DNA of 64,000 bases from a virus (taxonomy: Duplodnaviria; Heunggongvirae; Uroviricota; Caudoviricetes): the IMG/VR virus record IMGVR_UViG_3300028584_000450, positions 159,394-223,393 of that record; one strand, given 5' to 3'. The notes below the pieces were generated by a model. It saw nothing but the letters and a program-made list of their open reading frames with translations. It had not been told where the DNA came from and did not search any database. The translations under genes were made by a program, and so were the position numbers. Shown piece by piece: positions 45,105-56,206 of the stretch (the stretch's first letter is position 1; each line of letters opens with the position of its first letter).

Positions 45105-45721
45105 GTGAAACTAAAATGCTAAGATGGGATGAAGATTGTAAAGGATGCTGGACATGTATGTGGCGTAGAGAAGAAGATAATTCTTGTGTATTGCGCCATA
45201 AATTAGGAAAAAGTAAAATGTGCCTTCCACAACAGAAGATGAGTTATTATGCTAACAAGGACCAGGTTGAGGGTATGTTTGAGTGGTATGAATGGAAAGC
45301 TAACGAGAAAGCCAAAGCTGAAGCCAAAGAGAAAGAGATTCCTGAATTTCAGGTAGGGGATGAAGTAAGTATCATACAATCATATCGTGGAGATATAGTT
45401 CATATTCACGATGAAAAACACTCTAATACCCCAATCACTGTTAAATTAAAAGATGGACATGTTCGTCATCTAAACTTAAAAGGAAAACTAAAGGGTCAGG
45501 GTCGTATACTTTATCATGGTCATAATCCAGAAGTTATAGTTAAAGAGACTCTTCCCGTAAGACCTAAAAAGACTCGGGAAGCTTGGATTGTTGTTTTTAA
45601 GCACTCACCTGCAGGTAATATATATAGTGAAGTTTGTGATACGGAAGTTGCCGCTATTAAATTTTTAAGTGTAATTGCGGTACCATTATTATCTCCCATG
45701 AAGATAGAGGTTGAAGAATGA
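45101..45721 (+). CDS. YYANKEQV/HGHD-family protein 7
   Basis: ATGA overlap. CWTCMW...YYANKDQVEGMFEW...YHGHNPEVIVKETLPVRPKKT...KIEVEE. Confidence 0.6.
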   Translation: MSETKMLRWDEDCKGCWTCMWRREEDNSCVLRHKLGKSKMCLPQQKMSYYANKDQVEGMFEWYEWKANEKAKAEAKEKEIPEFQVGDEVSIIQSYRGDIVHIHDEKHSNTPITVKLKDGHVRHLNLKGKLKGQGRILYHGHNPEVIVKETLPVRPKKTREAWIVVFKHSPAGNIYSEVCDTEVAAIKFLSVIAVPLLSPMKIEVEE

Positions 45722-46656
45722 ATGAAAATAAAAGCAAATCCAAATCCAAAAAAATAAACAAAATCAAAAAATGGGATGAAGATGGAGGAGGATGTTTGAC
45801 ATGCATGTGGCGTAAAGAAGAAGATAATTCTTGTATGGTTCGCCTCGAATTAGGAAAAAATAAAAAATGTCATCCAGAACAGAGCGGTAGAAAGTGTTGC
45901 TATGCTAATAAAGAACAAATTACGGATATGCTTCAGTGGAGCGAAGCTAAATCTAAAACTAATGAGATACCTAAATTCCAAGTGGGTGATGCTGTTAGTG
46001 TTATAAATAGCGTTGATTGTTTTGAAACATATGTTACAGATTTAAAGGGTTGTTATGACCATTCTGTTTATGTCAAATGGAAATCAGGATCATGTATGGG
46101 GTTTAAAAAAGATGGAACCAGAGAAAGTGATAAAATCAAACTCTACCATGGTCACGATCTAGAAGCATATGTTAAGGAGAAACTCCCAGTAAGACTAAAA
46201 AAGAATCAGGATGATATTGAAGAAAAATCTAAAGCTAAAGCCAAAAAACCATGGTGCGCATTCCGAGTTGGAGATCCAATATATAGCATACGAAAAGGAA
46301 ATGCAATCATTGCCAAAATAGCACCTGATGAATCATATCCCATTAAGATATTATTTCCTAATGGACATGAAGAGGTTAGAACTATTGATGGTAAATTTAT
46401 CAAATCTGATAAATTTAGAGACATTTATCATGGACATGATTTGGATATAGCATCATTAGAGAAAATACCAATAAGACCAAAAAAGATACGTGAAGATTGG
46501 GTAATACTCTTTCTTGAGATGGATGCAGATGGTATGTATAGTAAATCTTTTACTGGAGTTCGAGGTGAAGAGAAAGCCATGGAACTCTATGATTTTTATA
46601 AGAGTAAAGGAAAAGTAATATCATATCCAATCAAGGTAGAGGTTGAAGAAGAATGA
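45718..46656 (+). CDS. YYANKEQV/HGHD-family protein 8 (tandem double-domain)
   Basis: ATGA overlap. Two HGHDL units (YHGHDLEAYVKEKLPVRLKK and YHGHDLDIASLEKIPIRPKK). Ends KVEVEEE. Confidence 0.6.
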   Translation: MNENKSKSKSKKINKIKKWDEDGGGCLTCMWRKEEDNSCMVRLELGKNKKCHPEQSGRKCCYANKEQITDMLQWSEAKSKTNEIPKFQVGDAVSVINSVDCFETYVTDLKGCYDHSVYVKWKSGSCMGFKKDGTRESDKIKLYHGHDLEAYVKEKLPVRLKKNQDDIEEKSKAKAKKPWCAFRVGDPIYSIRKGNAIIAKIAPDESYPIKILFPNGHEEVRTIDGKFIKSDKFRDIYHGHDLDIASLEKIPIRPKKIREDWVILFLEMDADGMYSKSFTGVRGEEKAMELYDFYKSKGKVISYPIKVEVEEE

Positions 46657-46892
46657 AAGAATATGGAGAAGGCAATGGTCATGTTCACCTTATGTCTCAA
46701 CTTAACTCACATAGATCTTTATGTGATCTTGCATTTGATTATTATTCAGGTGAAGAATACCATGATTATGTTGAACAAAGTAAAGGAACATCGGATGAAA
46801 TTGTTAGAACAGACAAGACTATTGTTACATGTCCAGAATGCATTACAGAAATTAATAATTGCATAGGAGTTAAATTTAAGGGGGAAGAATGA
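46653..46892 (+). CDS. hypothetical protein with zinc ribbon
   Basis: ATGA overlap. CPECITEINNC. Confidence 0.5.
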   Translation: MKEYGEGNGHVHLMSQLNSHRSLCDLAFDYYSGEEYHDYVEQSKGTSDEIVRTDKTIVTCPECITEINNCIGVKFKGEE

Positions 46893-47155
46893 ATTGGTTA
46901 ATACCATTTCAAAAATACCCAGGGTTAGATTGGACATACTCTATCCTTATTATGTGGTATTTAGGATTAATGTTTAGCTTTACGATATCAACGACAGTTG
47001 GAGCTATTGCCTACAACGAGTCCTCAAATAAGAAAACGTATATAGCAATGTTTGTGACTGGATGTTGTGGGGCCACTTTCTTTTGGTGGCTTTCCTGGCT
47101 GATAACTGGAAAACCAATATGGGATATAGCTACCAAATTAAATCAAACATTATAA
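46889..47155 (+). CDS. membrane protein
   Basis: ATGA overlap. Three TM helices. Confidence 0.5.
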   Translation: MNWLIPFQKYPGLDWTYSILIMWYLGLMFSFTISTTVGAIAYNESSNKKTYIAMFVTGCCGATFFWWLSWLITGKPIWDIATKLNQTL

Positions 47156-47168
47156 TGGATAAAACAAA

Positions 47169-47375
47169 ATGAAAATAACAATAGGATTTTGGATTATCCC
47201 ATTGATTATAACTATCTTCTTTTGGGCAAAGTGGTATATTAGAGAGTCCCATGGATCGAGCGGATCAACTGGCAATTTGAATGATAGTACATATGAATTT
47301 ATTCTTGCTATCACAGCAACATTATTGGTTTGGTTATTATATTTTGCAAGTATGTATTTTTTAACTTTATTGTGA
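47169..47375 (+). CDS. small membrane protein flanked by 29-bp direct repeats
   Basis: Two TM helices. ATTAAATCAAACATTATAATGGATAAAAC at 47138-47166 and 47389-47417. Confidence 0.45.
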   Translation: MKITIGFWIIPLIITIFFWAKWYIRESHGSSGSTGNLNDSTYEFILAITATLLVWLLYFASMYFLTLL

Positions 47376-47433
47376 TATATCTAACAGATTAAATCAAACA
47401 TTATAATGGATAAAACCTAGTTGGTAAAAAATT

Positions 47434-47479
47434 GGGAAGATATAGTTAAATACTATATCTTCCCAAGTTATATTTTTGT
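47434..47479 (+). terminator. rho-independent terminator
   Basis: Stem GGGAAGATATAGT/ACTATATCTTCCC, then AAGTTATATTTTTG. Confidence 0.7.
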
Positions 47480-47508
47480 CTAAATTTTGAATTATTTAGT
47501 ATAGATAT

Positions 47509-47518
47509 TTATAATTAT
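47509..47518 (+). promoter_or_regulatory. GTATAGATAT promoter-like motif (variant)
   Basis: 9 of 10 match to the family. Confidence 0.3.
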
Positions 47519-47566
47519 AGAACAGAACTCATAATTAACTTTAACTCAAGTCTAATAGGAGATCTT

Positions 47567-47845
47567 ATGAAATTTGCAATTGTAATACATGAAGATGATA
47601 TATTGAATATCGATGAGATTGTTACAATCTGTAGTTTTTGTGAGAGTTGGGATATATTCAGAATCTCAAATTCGACTAATTTAGGAAGACTGGTTGAATC
47701 AGTTAAACCGTATTGTCAAGTAATTGTAATACACCCAAATGATTTAGAGTTAAGGTTTTGGAAAACTATAAATAAAAATCTCGAAGTATTAATATTGAGA
47801 TTTAAACCAAATGGGGTTTCAAATTTAGAATCGATAATCAATTAG
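47567..47845 (+). CDS. hypothetical protein
   Basis: ORF after TAGGAGATCTT. Confidence 0.5.
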   Translation: MKFAIVIHEDDILNIDEIVTICSFCESWDIFRISNSTNLGRLVESVKPYCQVIVIHPNDLELRFWKTINKNLEVLILRFKPNGVSNLESIIN

Positions 47846-47848
47846 TAT

Positions 47849-47882
47849 ATGGGCAGTAGACTAGTTTCAATCTACTGCCCAT
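47849..47882. terminator. bidirectional terminator hairpin
   Basis: Stem ATGGGCAGTAGA/TCTACTGCCCAT, between convergent 47567(+) and the MCP(-). Confidence 0.6.
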
Positions 47883-47885
47883 TGT

Positions 47886-49943
47886 TTACGCTTTAAACGT
47901 TCCAAGAATTGCTTTGAGTTTACCCGAAAGTTCGGATAGCTCAATAGCTTTATTATTTATTTGAGAACTATTATTCGATATATCTTGAGCTGAATGATCC
48001 ACATGAGCAATGTCGCTTGCAATTTCACCAGAAGCAACACTAACTTGACTTAGATTTTCACCAACTTCACTTATACCTAATGATGCATTATTAATATTAC
48101 TTGAAATCTCAACAGTAACTGCAGATTGTTCTTCAACAGAAGTAGCAATGTTAGATACAATAGAATTTATATCATTAATAATAAGTGAAATCTCAGATAT
48201 TTCAGATATAGTTATATTTGTAGTAGTTTGAACTTCTATGATAGTTTTTTGAATCGTAGAAGTTGCCGCTGCTGTCTGTTTTGCAAGTTCTTTTATTTCA
48301 GATGCAACCACAGCAAACCCTTTACCAGCTTCTCCAGCCCTTGCAGCTTCAATTGTAGCATTAAGAGCAAGAAGATTGGTTTGTTCTGAAATAGCATTAA
48401 TTACAGATGTTATTTGTTCAATCTCCTGAGCAGCTTTTCCAAGATTTACTATAGATGTACTAACTTTAGAAGCAACAGTTACCGCATTCTCACTAACACA
48501 TCTGGCTTTTTCTGAATTAATAGCAATCTCATTAATAGTCGATGTCATCTCTTCAGTAGCAGCTGCTACCATATTAATGTTAGATGAAGCTTCTTCCATT
48601 GCTGCTGCAACAGAACTTATATTAGATGTCATCTCTTCAGTAGCAGAGGCAACTGCTCCAGACTTTTCTGATGCATCTTTAGCTCCAGAAGACATAATAT
48701 TTGATATAGAAAGTAAAGATACAGACGAAGTATCCAATGTTATTGCATCAGTTGTGATGGTTTTTATAAGTCCTTGCAATTTTTCCATAAATAAATTAAA
48801 TGCTTTGCAAAGATTACCAATTTCATCACCACTTGAAACATTAAGACGCTTAGTTGTATCCCCTTCACCTTCAGCAATATCATATAATCCAGAAACAACA
48901 CAATTTATTGGATTGACGATAATAACACTCGCAATAAAATAAATAACAACAAATAAAATAACTAAAGCCATAATTGAAATTATAATTGTTATATTTCGAA
49001 GAGAATATACATCTGCCATAATCTCATTTACTGGAATAACAATACCAATAGTCCAAACAGTTCCAGTTCGCCCAGGCTTTATTGGAGAAAATACCAAAAC
49101 ACTTTTTTTGCCACTAATTACTGAAATGCGTTCTTCTGTAATTGGTTCTCCTCGAAGAAGTAAATCATATGCTGGTAAACTTATAAATTCTTGAATACTT
49201 CGTCCGATAATATCTTTCTTTGGATGCGCAATAATAGTTCCGGTATCAGATATTAAACATCCATATCCACTAGTATATGGTTTAATATTAAGGACAAGCT
49301 CTTGCATTTTATCTATAGAGAAATCAACACCAGCAACACCGATTATTGAATTTTGATTCTTTATAGGAACACTAACACTTAAAATGGATATAGTTTGTCC
49401 ACTAATGGTGTAATTAACAGGAGGTAATATCACTTCAGTACCAAGTGCTCTTGGTTTTGTATAATATCCAGTATATGTATTATCTTCAGGTTCAGGACAT
49501 GGTTCTATATGTGTACCTTCAATTCGATTCCAATATGGAAGAAACCGACCCTTAGAATCATGACCCTTATGATCAATAAAGTTAATATCAGGACCAAGTA
49601 TATTTGGTTCTAATACCGTCCATACACCAAGATAATCTGGATTATCAACAAGCATATCTTTTAACATTAAAACTAACATATCTCGATCTAACGGTATCTT
49701 CTGAGTTAATAATCCAGAAAATATTTGGGATAATGTTCTTGCCGAACCCAATGTCGCATCAAGTTCAATTCGAACTTCAGTAGCATATCGACTTGCCATT
49801 TGTGCTGTCTTTTCAAATGCAATCTTCTTAGAGGTTGAATATGTTCTATTTATCGTTATAAAGTTCGAAATAACAAGTGTTATAAATAAAACAGAACATA
49901 TCAAAATCAATAGTTTGCCCTGTAAACCTATTTTTTTACCCAT
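47886..49943 (-). CDS. methyl-accepting chemotaxis protein (dCache-type sensor, HAMP, MCP signalling domain)
   Basis: N-terminal TM, ~270-aa periplasmic Cache-like region, second TM, HAMP. Highly conserved [35 protein letters not shown]. Confidence 0.9.
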   Translation of the reverse strand: MGKKIGLQGKLLILICSVLFITLVISNFITINRTYSTSKKIAFEKTAQMASRYATEVRIELDATLGSARTLSQIFSGLLTQKIPLDRDMLVLMLKDMLVDNPDYLGVWTVLEPNILGPDINFIDHKGHDSKGRFLPYWNRIEGTHIEPCPEPEDNTYTGYYTKPRALGTEVILPPVNYTISGQTISILSVSVPIKNQNSIIGVAGVDFSIDKMQELVLNIKPYTSGYGCLISDTGTIIAHPKKDIIGRSIQEFISLPAYDLLLRGEPITEERISVISGKKSVLVFSPIKPGRTGTVWTIGIVIPVNEIMADVYSLRNITIIISIMALVILFVVIYFIASVIIVNPINCVVSGLYDIAEGEGDTTKRLNVSSGDEIGNLCKAFNLFMEKLQGLIKTITTDAITLDTSSVSLLSISNIMSSGAKDASEKSGAVASATEEMTSNISSVAAAMEEASSNINMVAAATEEMTSTINEIAINSEKARCVSENAVTVASKVSTSIVNLGKAAQEIEQITSVINAISEQTNLLALNATIEAARAGEAGKGFAVVASEIKELAKQTAAATSTIQKTIIEVQTTTNITISEISEISLIINDINSIVSNIATSVEEQSAVTVEISSNINNASLGISEVGENLSQVSVASGEIASDIAHVDHSAQDISNNSSQINNKAIELSELSGKLKAILGTFKA

Positions 49944-49966
49944 TATAAAACCTATTTTTTAATTAA

Positions 49967-52900
49967 TTATTTTCTTCGATATCCATATATGACTTTAACA
50001 CGAATTTCCTCATATTCATACCGCATAACTGTCCGTAAATTCACCGGCGCCCCAGTGTTTTCAGTAAAAGAAAGACAAAGCCCAGAATCAATAATAGACC
50101 CACGTACAGAAATGGTTCTACCAATAACAGTAGGGGTGAATTTCGAAATCGTTGGAAAGCACCAGAAGAATTCATAACTCTGGGAAGTAAATTTGAAATT
50201 TGAGTAATTACGTAAAAAACTAGTACTATGCCAATAATCATTGTCGGTATGTAAATGCTCCAAAATATATTCATATGGTAAATACCTCCTATCATTTGAA
50301 TTTGGTATAAATGGAAATGATTCTGAATCATTATTCCATGGTATAAGTCGGCTTACCGTTGGTATTGAATTATGGATGTTAATAAAGCTCATAGTACGAG
50401 CATATGAGGTTGAAATATCACTTGGATTTCGCAATGTCATATCTGGATGCCATGTTGTTACAACAAGAGAAAATTCAGCAAACCCAATTTGAATTGGATT
50501 GTAATTTTGATTATAAATATCAGGACATTTTATAAAATTTGGATTTGGAGGTAATACTAAACCAGTTCCTCCCAAAGTTCCAGTACATCCAGTACCTCCG
50601 GTTATAATTGGCCAATACCCAGTTCCACCAGTTGTTCCAATAGTCGATCCAATATCTCCAGTTCCTCCAGTTGTTACACCAACACCTCCGGTCCCACCAG
50701 TACCACTTAAATATTCCTCACAATATAAAGTTCTTCTATATTCTAAACAACAAACTCTCATTATTCCAGTAAATTTATGATTAACATCAAATTGCACCTC
50801 TAAATATTGCAAATTAACATAATAAATCTTCAACGGATGAACTCTAAGATTTTGCTCATTATAGAATATTAATTTAGGATTAAAATTCATATTATGCCGC
50901 AATGTAATCCATTCTGCAGATTCGTAATAAATTGCACTAGTATTTGTTGCTGAATCTTCACCAAGAATATTATAATCAGCATAAGTAGTACAAGTATCTC
51001 GGCTCTTAGAATTTTTGCAGGCACAATTTTTATTTTCATTATATAAGCTACAAAAAATGTTTGTCTTATCTTGTTCTGTAGATACAGTAGATATTTTACA
51101 AAATCCACGCTCTGGTTTATCGAATATAATTTGTATCGAATTATTATCTATAAACTTTATAGTTCTTGGGTTAAGTGTTAATGGTGGTGGGTATGTTGTG
51201 TCAAATGCTGGAGAAAGTAAATAATCATCCAGAGTTGCCGTTGAATATCCATACGTTCGTATTACTATAGAAGTAGTATTAAGATTATGGTGAATATCCC
51301 AAGTACAAGAATCATAGAATACATTAGGTTCATATTTCTCAATGAGACTTAAATTAGAACTAATATCAATTACATCTCCAGCTTCATTGATTGCATATGG
51401 AGGACTTTCTCCACGAACCCCCATACCTAATGGAACTGAATATGTATATGTATCAATATAGTTAGTTGGAATATAATTAGTTTTATACCCACTTTTATCA
51501 ATAATATAAATTGTTCCAGAAAACCGAAACGGAATTGAAATGTTAGAAGCATTAGGATTATAAGTTATTAACTCGACCTTTATTTTTTGAGGGGTTATAT
51601 AACCCAACAAAAGGGTATGGTTATTAAATTGGTCAATATCAACGCTATCATCAGGAACTACCATAGTATCTAAATCAATACTATCAAGGTTATGTGTTAT
51701 TGTAAAACGACTTGTCTTATTTGTCACTTTAAGAATATACATATTTCGACAGTTACAATTACCATACTCAGTATAAACTGGGTCTTGAAATGGATTTGAT
51801 GGTTCAAATGTAGGCATGTGATCGTAAATATAGACCTTGCCGCTTACTGGTTCATCAAAATGCAACTCTAATCGTGTAGTGTCGATATATGTGATTTTAT
51901 TCGGAACATATTTCTTCCCACTTAAAGAAATGATTGGAGAAATATAAAGATCGTAACTATCAAAATAATGTTCTATGTACCAAGTTTTAGTACCATTTTT
52001 TCGGGAATGGATATAAGCCCCAAAAGCAAGTTTGTCTGTTGGTTTGGTTATTGCATTAACTACCGAAGTTCCAAATTTAATGGAATCTTTGGATAATATT
52101 GGATATGTATCTAAGATTGCAACTGATTCGGATTCTAAATTAGGACCATCAATATTAAATGAATTATCTATAATCGAATACATCCCAGATATTATATCAT
52201 TCTCTTCATCCAACCATACATCCTCAGAGAATATATCAGTATATCCATGAGAACCCATAACATCTAATAATGGATATTCAATAAATTCTTCATTAGGAAC
52301 TACATGTGGAAATGGAATTGGAATAGGTTCTAAAGAGCCACTTATCTCCTCTATTAAGACAATATGAACTTTAGAAATTACAGGAACTAAATCAATACTC
52401 GGTTGATTACGAACTTTAATATTACACTCAACAGTAATAATATTATCTGATTCTCCATGATATTTAAGAACATAAAAATTTATTTTACAGAACAACAAAT
52501 TTGCCGAATGAGAATAAATACTATTAGCTTTTATAACTAATGTATTTCTATCTGGTCTAAATGAAACTAAATTATAATCATTCCCGTACGAAATAGTCTC
52601 TACATTTGGAAATAAATAGGGACTCGTAATCTTTAAAGTAATCGTCTCTATATTCACAGAATGAGCATCATAAATATTAATTGGTAATGAGAAATCTTGA
52701 CCAGCATAAGAGATAATATTTTTAAGTTTGATATAAGGGTTAAAAATAATATTGTCTGGAGGAATATAGTTTAGTTTTTCTATTACTATTTCCTCTTCTG
52801 GGGTTATTAAGAAATATTGATTATCTATTTTAACATGAGAATCATAATATTGTTTGTTATAATGTTCTGAATCATAGTTATATGAATAATAGTGAGATAG

Positions 52901-55900
52901 GTAAATATGGTAATTATAATAAAAGATATCATTTATATAAGTAAACTCTGGTATGGTTATTTCATTTATATTTGGATCTAATAACTCAGATGTATATGAT
53001 ATTGAATGATTTAATATAGTGTAAAACTCATTCAATGGAGTTACGGTGGTCTCAAATACTAGGTAAAAAATCTTTGAGTCGCATCTCTCTTTATTTAACG
53101 GCAGAATGTCCTCATGATATTCACTATTGGGAAATATCTTCTGATTATATATCTGAAATGAACATTCTATGAGATTCGACTCATCTAAAATATTTGGAAC
53201 AATTACTGGGCTGTGTGAAATATCTATCATGGGGGTTTCTGCAGGATCTACTGGAGGGACTGTTCTGAAATCAAACCAATCAGAAACAAGTTTTGGCGGG
53301 GTTGTAAAAATACTTGAGTCATACTTAACAGAATAAATATCCATAAAAATGTCATACGTTCCACTATCTGAATAAACTATTGGAATAATTACGGGGCGCA
53401 CCTTATTTGTTAGGCCTAACCCTATGACTAAACTAGGCATTTTATCGATATAACTATAACTATCATCGATTATTACTGTTGGTTTTTTCCATAAAAGTTT
53501 TACACTTCCAATTAAATTATCTAAATTAAATTTAATATGAGAGTCACTCGTCGCAAATGGATTTCCATTCTGATTCTTATGAGTAATCACTAAACAATCT
53601 CTAGAAAATAATAGATCATAATTAGGAATAGGATTACCAATTCTATCAAAACATTTTATATCTAATCGATTATAAATATCATATAAATACTCAAGTTTTA
53701 ACTGTAATACTTCCTCTGGAGTTAAATCTGGACCAAAGTAATCTGAAAGATAATACCGATATTCATCTTTACTACTAATTAAACTACTTAAGTTAATTAC
53801 CCAATACTTACTTGTATAATGATGTAATAATAATCTAGTTACTGAATAATCTATATCCATTGTACTACTAAATATATGACATATACCATTCTGTAATATT
53901 AGTTTATCAGGATTAGTATCACAATGAAAGTACAATATTATTTGATCCTTATTAATTACTAATATATTTTTTGGTATTATTGGATTATTATATTGGTTAA
54001 AACATTCTATTCTTATATTTGTTGTATTTAGGTTATGATTTATCTCCCATAAGTACTTAGGCTTTATTATATAATGAGTGTAGAGATGATTATATTTATT
54101 ATTTAACGGCAAAATATATTTATTTCGCTCGACAATTAGGGCTTGAGTTGAGTATTTCCCTAATCCAATATAAGTTCTCGCTGGTCTATATAATATAAAG
54201 TTGGAAGAATCATTAACAACATCAAGTTCAAATTTAATTAAACGATCTAATGCAACATATCGATTCATCAATGAATATTTATTATTTACTTCTATGTCAT
54301 CTGTGAATATCAATGGCATAGGTAAATGTGGATCAATATAATTGACTTCATAATTAAAATAGTACAATTGATATTTATATGAGAATTCATCTACGGTTAA
54401 ATTAGTATCAGAGAATGGTGTAAGTGGATTATAATCCAATTTTGCTGGAGTATAGTACACTTTCGGAATAAGTACAGTTGGAATCGGTAATCTATGTGAA
54501 TAATTATACTTAGTATAAGGATCGTTAATTCTATTATCAAATGGATTACTAATTATATTATAAGATCTGGACGCCAATAAAGTACCTGTACCATCAACAT
54601 CTATCGGAGTATCGTCTGGATCGAATAATGAAATTGGAACTATATCATGATCTAATAAATCATTTCGGGATACTGAAATTGAACCTGCTGTTTTAATATA
54701 TACAATGTTTGGATCTGAACATGGTATTGTATCATCTATAGAATCTGATTCTACTAAATCGGTTCTATGTTTGAAAAAATAAATTAATGAAAGGTTACAA
54801 GTAACAGATTTAACATAGAATTCAACAGTAGTATTATCTGTAGAAGGACTAAATATTAAATCATTACTATTTAAACCATGATGAATTGACCAATATGAAT
54901 TACTAAATGCAAATGTATTTGTATATAAATCTTTAGTACTATCATTTGTATTTATTAAACTCTGACTCTGAGGAATATCACACTCAATTTCTACATAACC
55001 ACTTGAACTCCATGGAATTAAAAATACATGGTCTTCTTGTCTTAATAATGTAACTCTAATTGAATAATTATCTATAATATCTAATTGATAAAATACTCTA
55101 TTTGGATTAGTATAATCTTGTGTTAAATTATTTGGAAATGTAAATAATGATAGATCTAGTAAATCAATAAAAGATAATATATCATCAGACCATACTTTTA
55201 TCTTAATTGCTTGGGTATTTAAATTATGTACTATATCCCATTTATGTTGATTATTTATTTGTTTGAATTGTAATATTGTTTTATTCTTTATATAGTAAGG
55301 TTTTATACAAGTATTGCAATTATCCGTTATGGATGGATTGATCGTTATATAACCTTTATATTTATTATCAAAGGTTAAAGTTAAATGATTGTTTATGATA
55401 TCTATTTTTAACGGCGAAATTGAGCGTCCGAAGATGTCAAAACAATTAATAACGATCTTATCATAGAACTCCCCTGTCACATCCATCTTATAAATAGCAT
55501 CTGGTGATGGAGAACATGTTTTATCTGGAGTGAAAAATTCATCATAATTAAAACTACAAGTCCAGATATGTGAGTAAAAGCGTTCTATATAAACAAATGA
55601 AGCACAATCAATATTAGATACAACTACTTCTGCATCTTGAGAATAAAATGTCAAATCTTTAAGTACAGCATTATGATTATCTACTAGTTGAACATCATTA
55701 TAATTTAAATAAAAAGGTGAATACCAAGAGTCATATATATTGATCAAAATAAAAGGAGAATCGAGATTGTGATTAACGTTATAATTAATAATATTCTCTT
55801 CATAGACAATATATCTATCATTTGGAGACGAATTTATCACAGAATAACAGCATTGAGTAGACCCACTTCCGGTATGGCCGGTTCTTCCAGGATTACCAAT

Positions 55901-56125
55901 ATTACCAGTACCACCAGTCTCGCCTACAACACCTTGAGAACCAGGATCACCAGTACCGCCAGTTGGACCAACACTTAATCCCAACCAACCTCTCTTTAAA
56001 CCAAAAATAAAACTTTTATCTAGAATATTCATTATTTTACCATATGAAAAATTTGGATTTGATTCTGGTAAACTATCTAAAGGTTTTATCTTTATGTTAC
56101 TAATATTTGGATTATATATTTTCAT
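49967..56125 (-). CDS. giant collagen-like repeat protein (2052 aa), putative fibre/host-recognition protein
   Basis: Gly-X-Y runs near both ends (GPTGGTGDPGSQGVVGETGGTGNIGNPGRTGHTG; GTGGTGGVGVTTGGTGDIGSTIGTTGGTG). N-terminal FGLKRGWLGL domain shared with 57306..58172. Confidence 0.75.
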   Translation of the reverse strand: MKIYNPNISNIKIKPLDSLPESNPNFSYGKIMNILDKSFIFGLKRGWLGLSVGPTGGTGDPGSQGVVGETGGTGNIGNPGRTGHTGSGSTQCCYSVINSSPNDRYIVYEENIINYNVNHNLDSPFILINIYDSWYSPFYLNYNDVQLVDNHNAVLKDLTFYSQDAEVVVSNIDCASFVYIERFYSHIWTCSFNYDEFFTPDKTCSPSPDAIYKMDVTGEFYDKIVINCFDIFGRSISPLKIDIINNHLTLTFDNKYKGYITINPSITDNCNTCIKPYYIKNKTILQFKQINNQHKWDIVHNLNTQAIKIKVWSDDILSFIDLLDLSLFTFPNNLTQDYTNPNRVFYQLDIIDNYSIRVTLLRQEDHVFLIPWSSSGYVEIECDIPQSQSLINTNDSTKDLYTNTFAFSNSYWSIHHGLNSNDLIFSPSTDNTTVEFYVKSVTCNLSLIYFFKHRTDLVESDSIDDTIPCSDPNIVYIKTAGSISVSRNDLLDHDIVPISLFDPDDTPIDVDGTGTLLASRSYNIISNPFDNRINDPYTKYNYSHRLPIPTVLIPKVYYTPAKLDYNPLTPFSDTNLTVDEFSYKYQLYYFNYEVNYIDPHLPMPLIFTDDIEVNNKYSLMNRYVALDRLIKFELDVVNDSSNFILYRPARTYIGLGKYSTQALIVERNKYILPLNNKYNHLYTHYIIKPKYLWEINHNLNTTNIRIECFNQYNNPIIPKNILVINKDQIILYFHCDTNPDKLILQNGICHIFSSTMDIDYSVTRLLLHHYTSKYWVINLSSLISSKDEYRYYLSDYFGPDLTPEEVLQLKLEYLYDIYNRLDIKCFDRIGNPIPNYDLLFSRDCLVITHKNQNGNPFATSDSHIKFNLDNLIGSVKLLWKKPTVIIDDSYSYIDKMPSLVIGLGLTNKVRPVIIPIVYSDSGTYDIFMDIYSVKYDSSIFTTPPKLVSDWFDFRTVPPVDPAETPMIDISHSPVIVPNILDESNLIECSFQIYNQKIFPNSEYHEDILPLNKERCDSKIFYLVFETTVTPLNEFYTILNHSISYTSELLDPNINEITIPEFTYINDIFYYNYHIYLSHYYSYNYDSEHYNKQYYDSHVKIDNQYFLITPEEEIVIEKLNYIPPDNIIFNPYIKLKNIISYAGQDFSLPINIYDAHSVNIETITLKITSPYLFPNVETISYGNDYNLVSFRPDRNTLVIKANSIYSHSANLLFCKINFYVLKYHGESDNIITVECNIKVRNQPSIDLVPVISKVHIVLIEEISGSLEPIPIPFPHVVPNEEFIEYPLLDVMGSHGYTDIFSEDVWLDEENDIISGMYSIIDNSFNIDGPNLESESVAILDTYPILSKDSIKFGTSVVNAITKPTDKLAFGAYIHSRKNGTKTWYIEHYFDSYDLYISPIISLSGKKYVPNKITYIDTTRLELHFDEPVSGKVYIYDHMPTFEPSNPFQDPVYTEYGNCNCRNMYILKVTNKTSRFTITHNLDSIDLDTMVVPDDSVDIDQFNNHTLLLGYITPQKIKVELITYNPNASNISIPFRFSGTIYIIDKSGYKTNYIPTNYIDTYTYSVPLGMGVRGESPPYAINEAGDVIDISSNLSLIEKYEPNVFYDSCTWDIHHNLNTTSIVIRTYGYSTATLDDYLLSPAFDTTYPPPLTLNPRTIKFIDNNSIQIIFDKPERGFCKISTVSTEQDKTNIFCSLYNENKNCACKNSKSRDTCTTYADYNILGEDSATNTSAIYYESAEWITLRHNMNFNPKLIFYNEQNLRVHPLKIYYVNLQYLEVQFDVNHKFTGIMRVCCLEYRRTLYCEEYLSGTGGTGGVGVTTGGTGDIGSTIGTTGGTGYWPIITGGTGCTGTLGGTGLVLPPNPNFIKCPDIYNQNYNPIQIGFAEFSLVVTTWHPDMTLRNPSDISTSYARTMSFINIHNSIPTVSRLIPWNNDSESFPFIPNSNDRRYLPYEYILEHLHTDNDYWHSTSFLRNYSNFKFTSQSYEFFWCFPTISKFTPTVIGRTISVRGSIIDSGLCLSFTENTGAPVNLRTVMRYEYEEIRVKVIYGYRRK

Positions 56126-56206
56126 TTATTCTGAAGTCCTTATATAATTTGTATGTTATATACAGGAATACTATCATTTATAGTATTTATATAATCATTG
56201 ATAATG

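Noticed and set aside
48577-48942. 121-aa + strand ORF inside the MCP gene
   Set aside because: Antisense to a gene with unambiguous MCP domain architecture.
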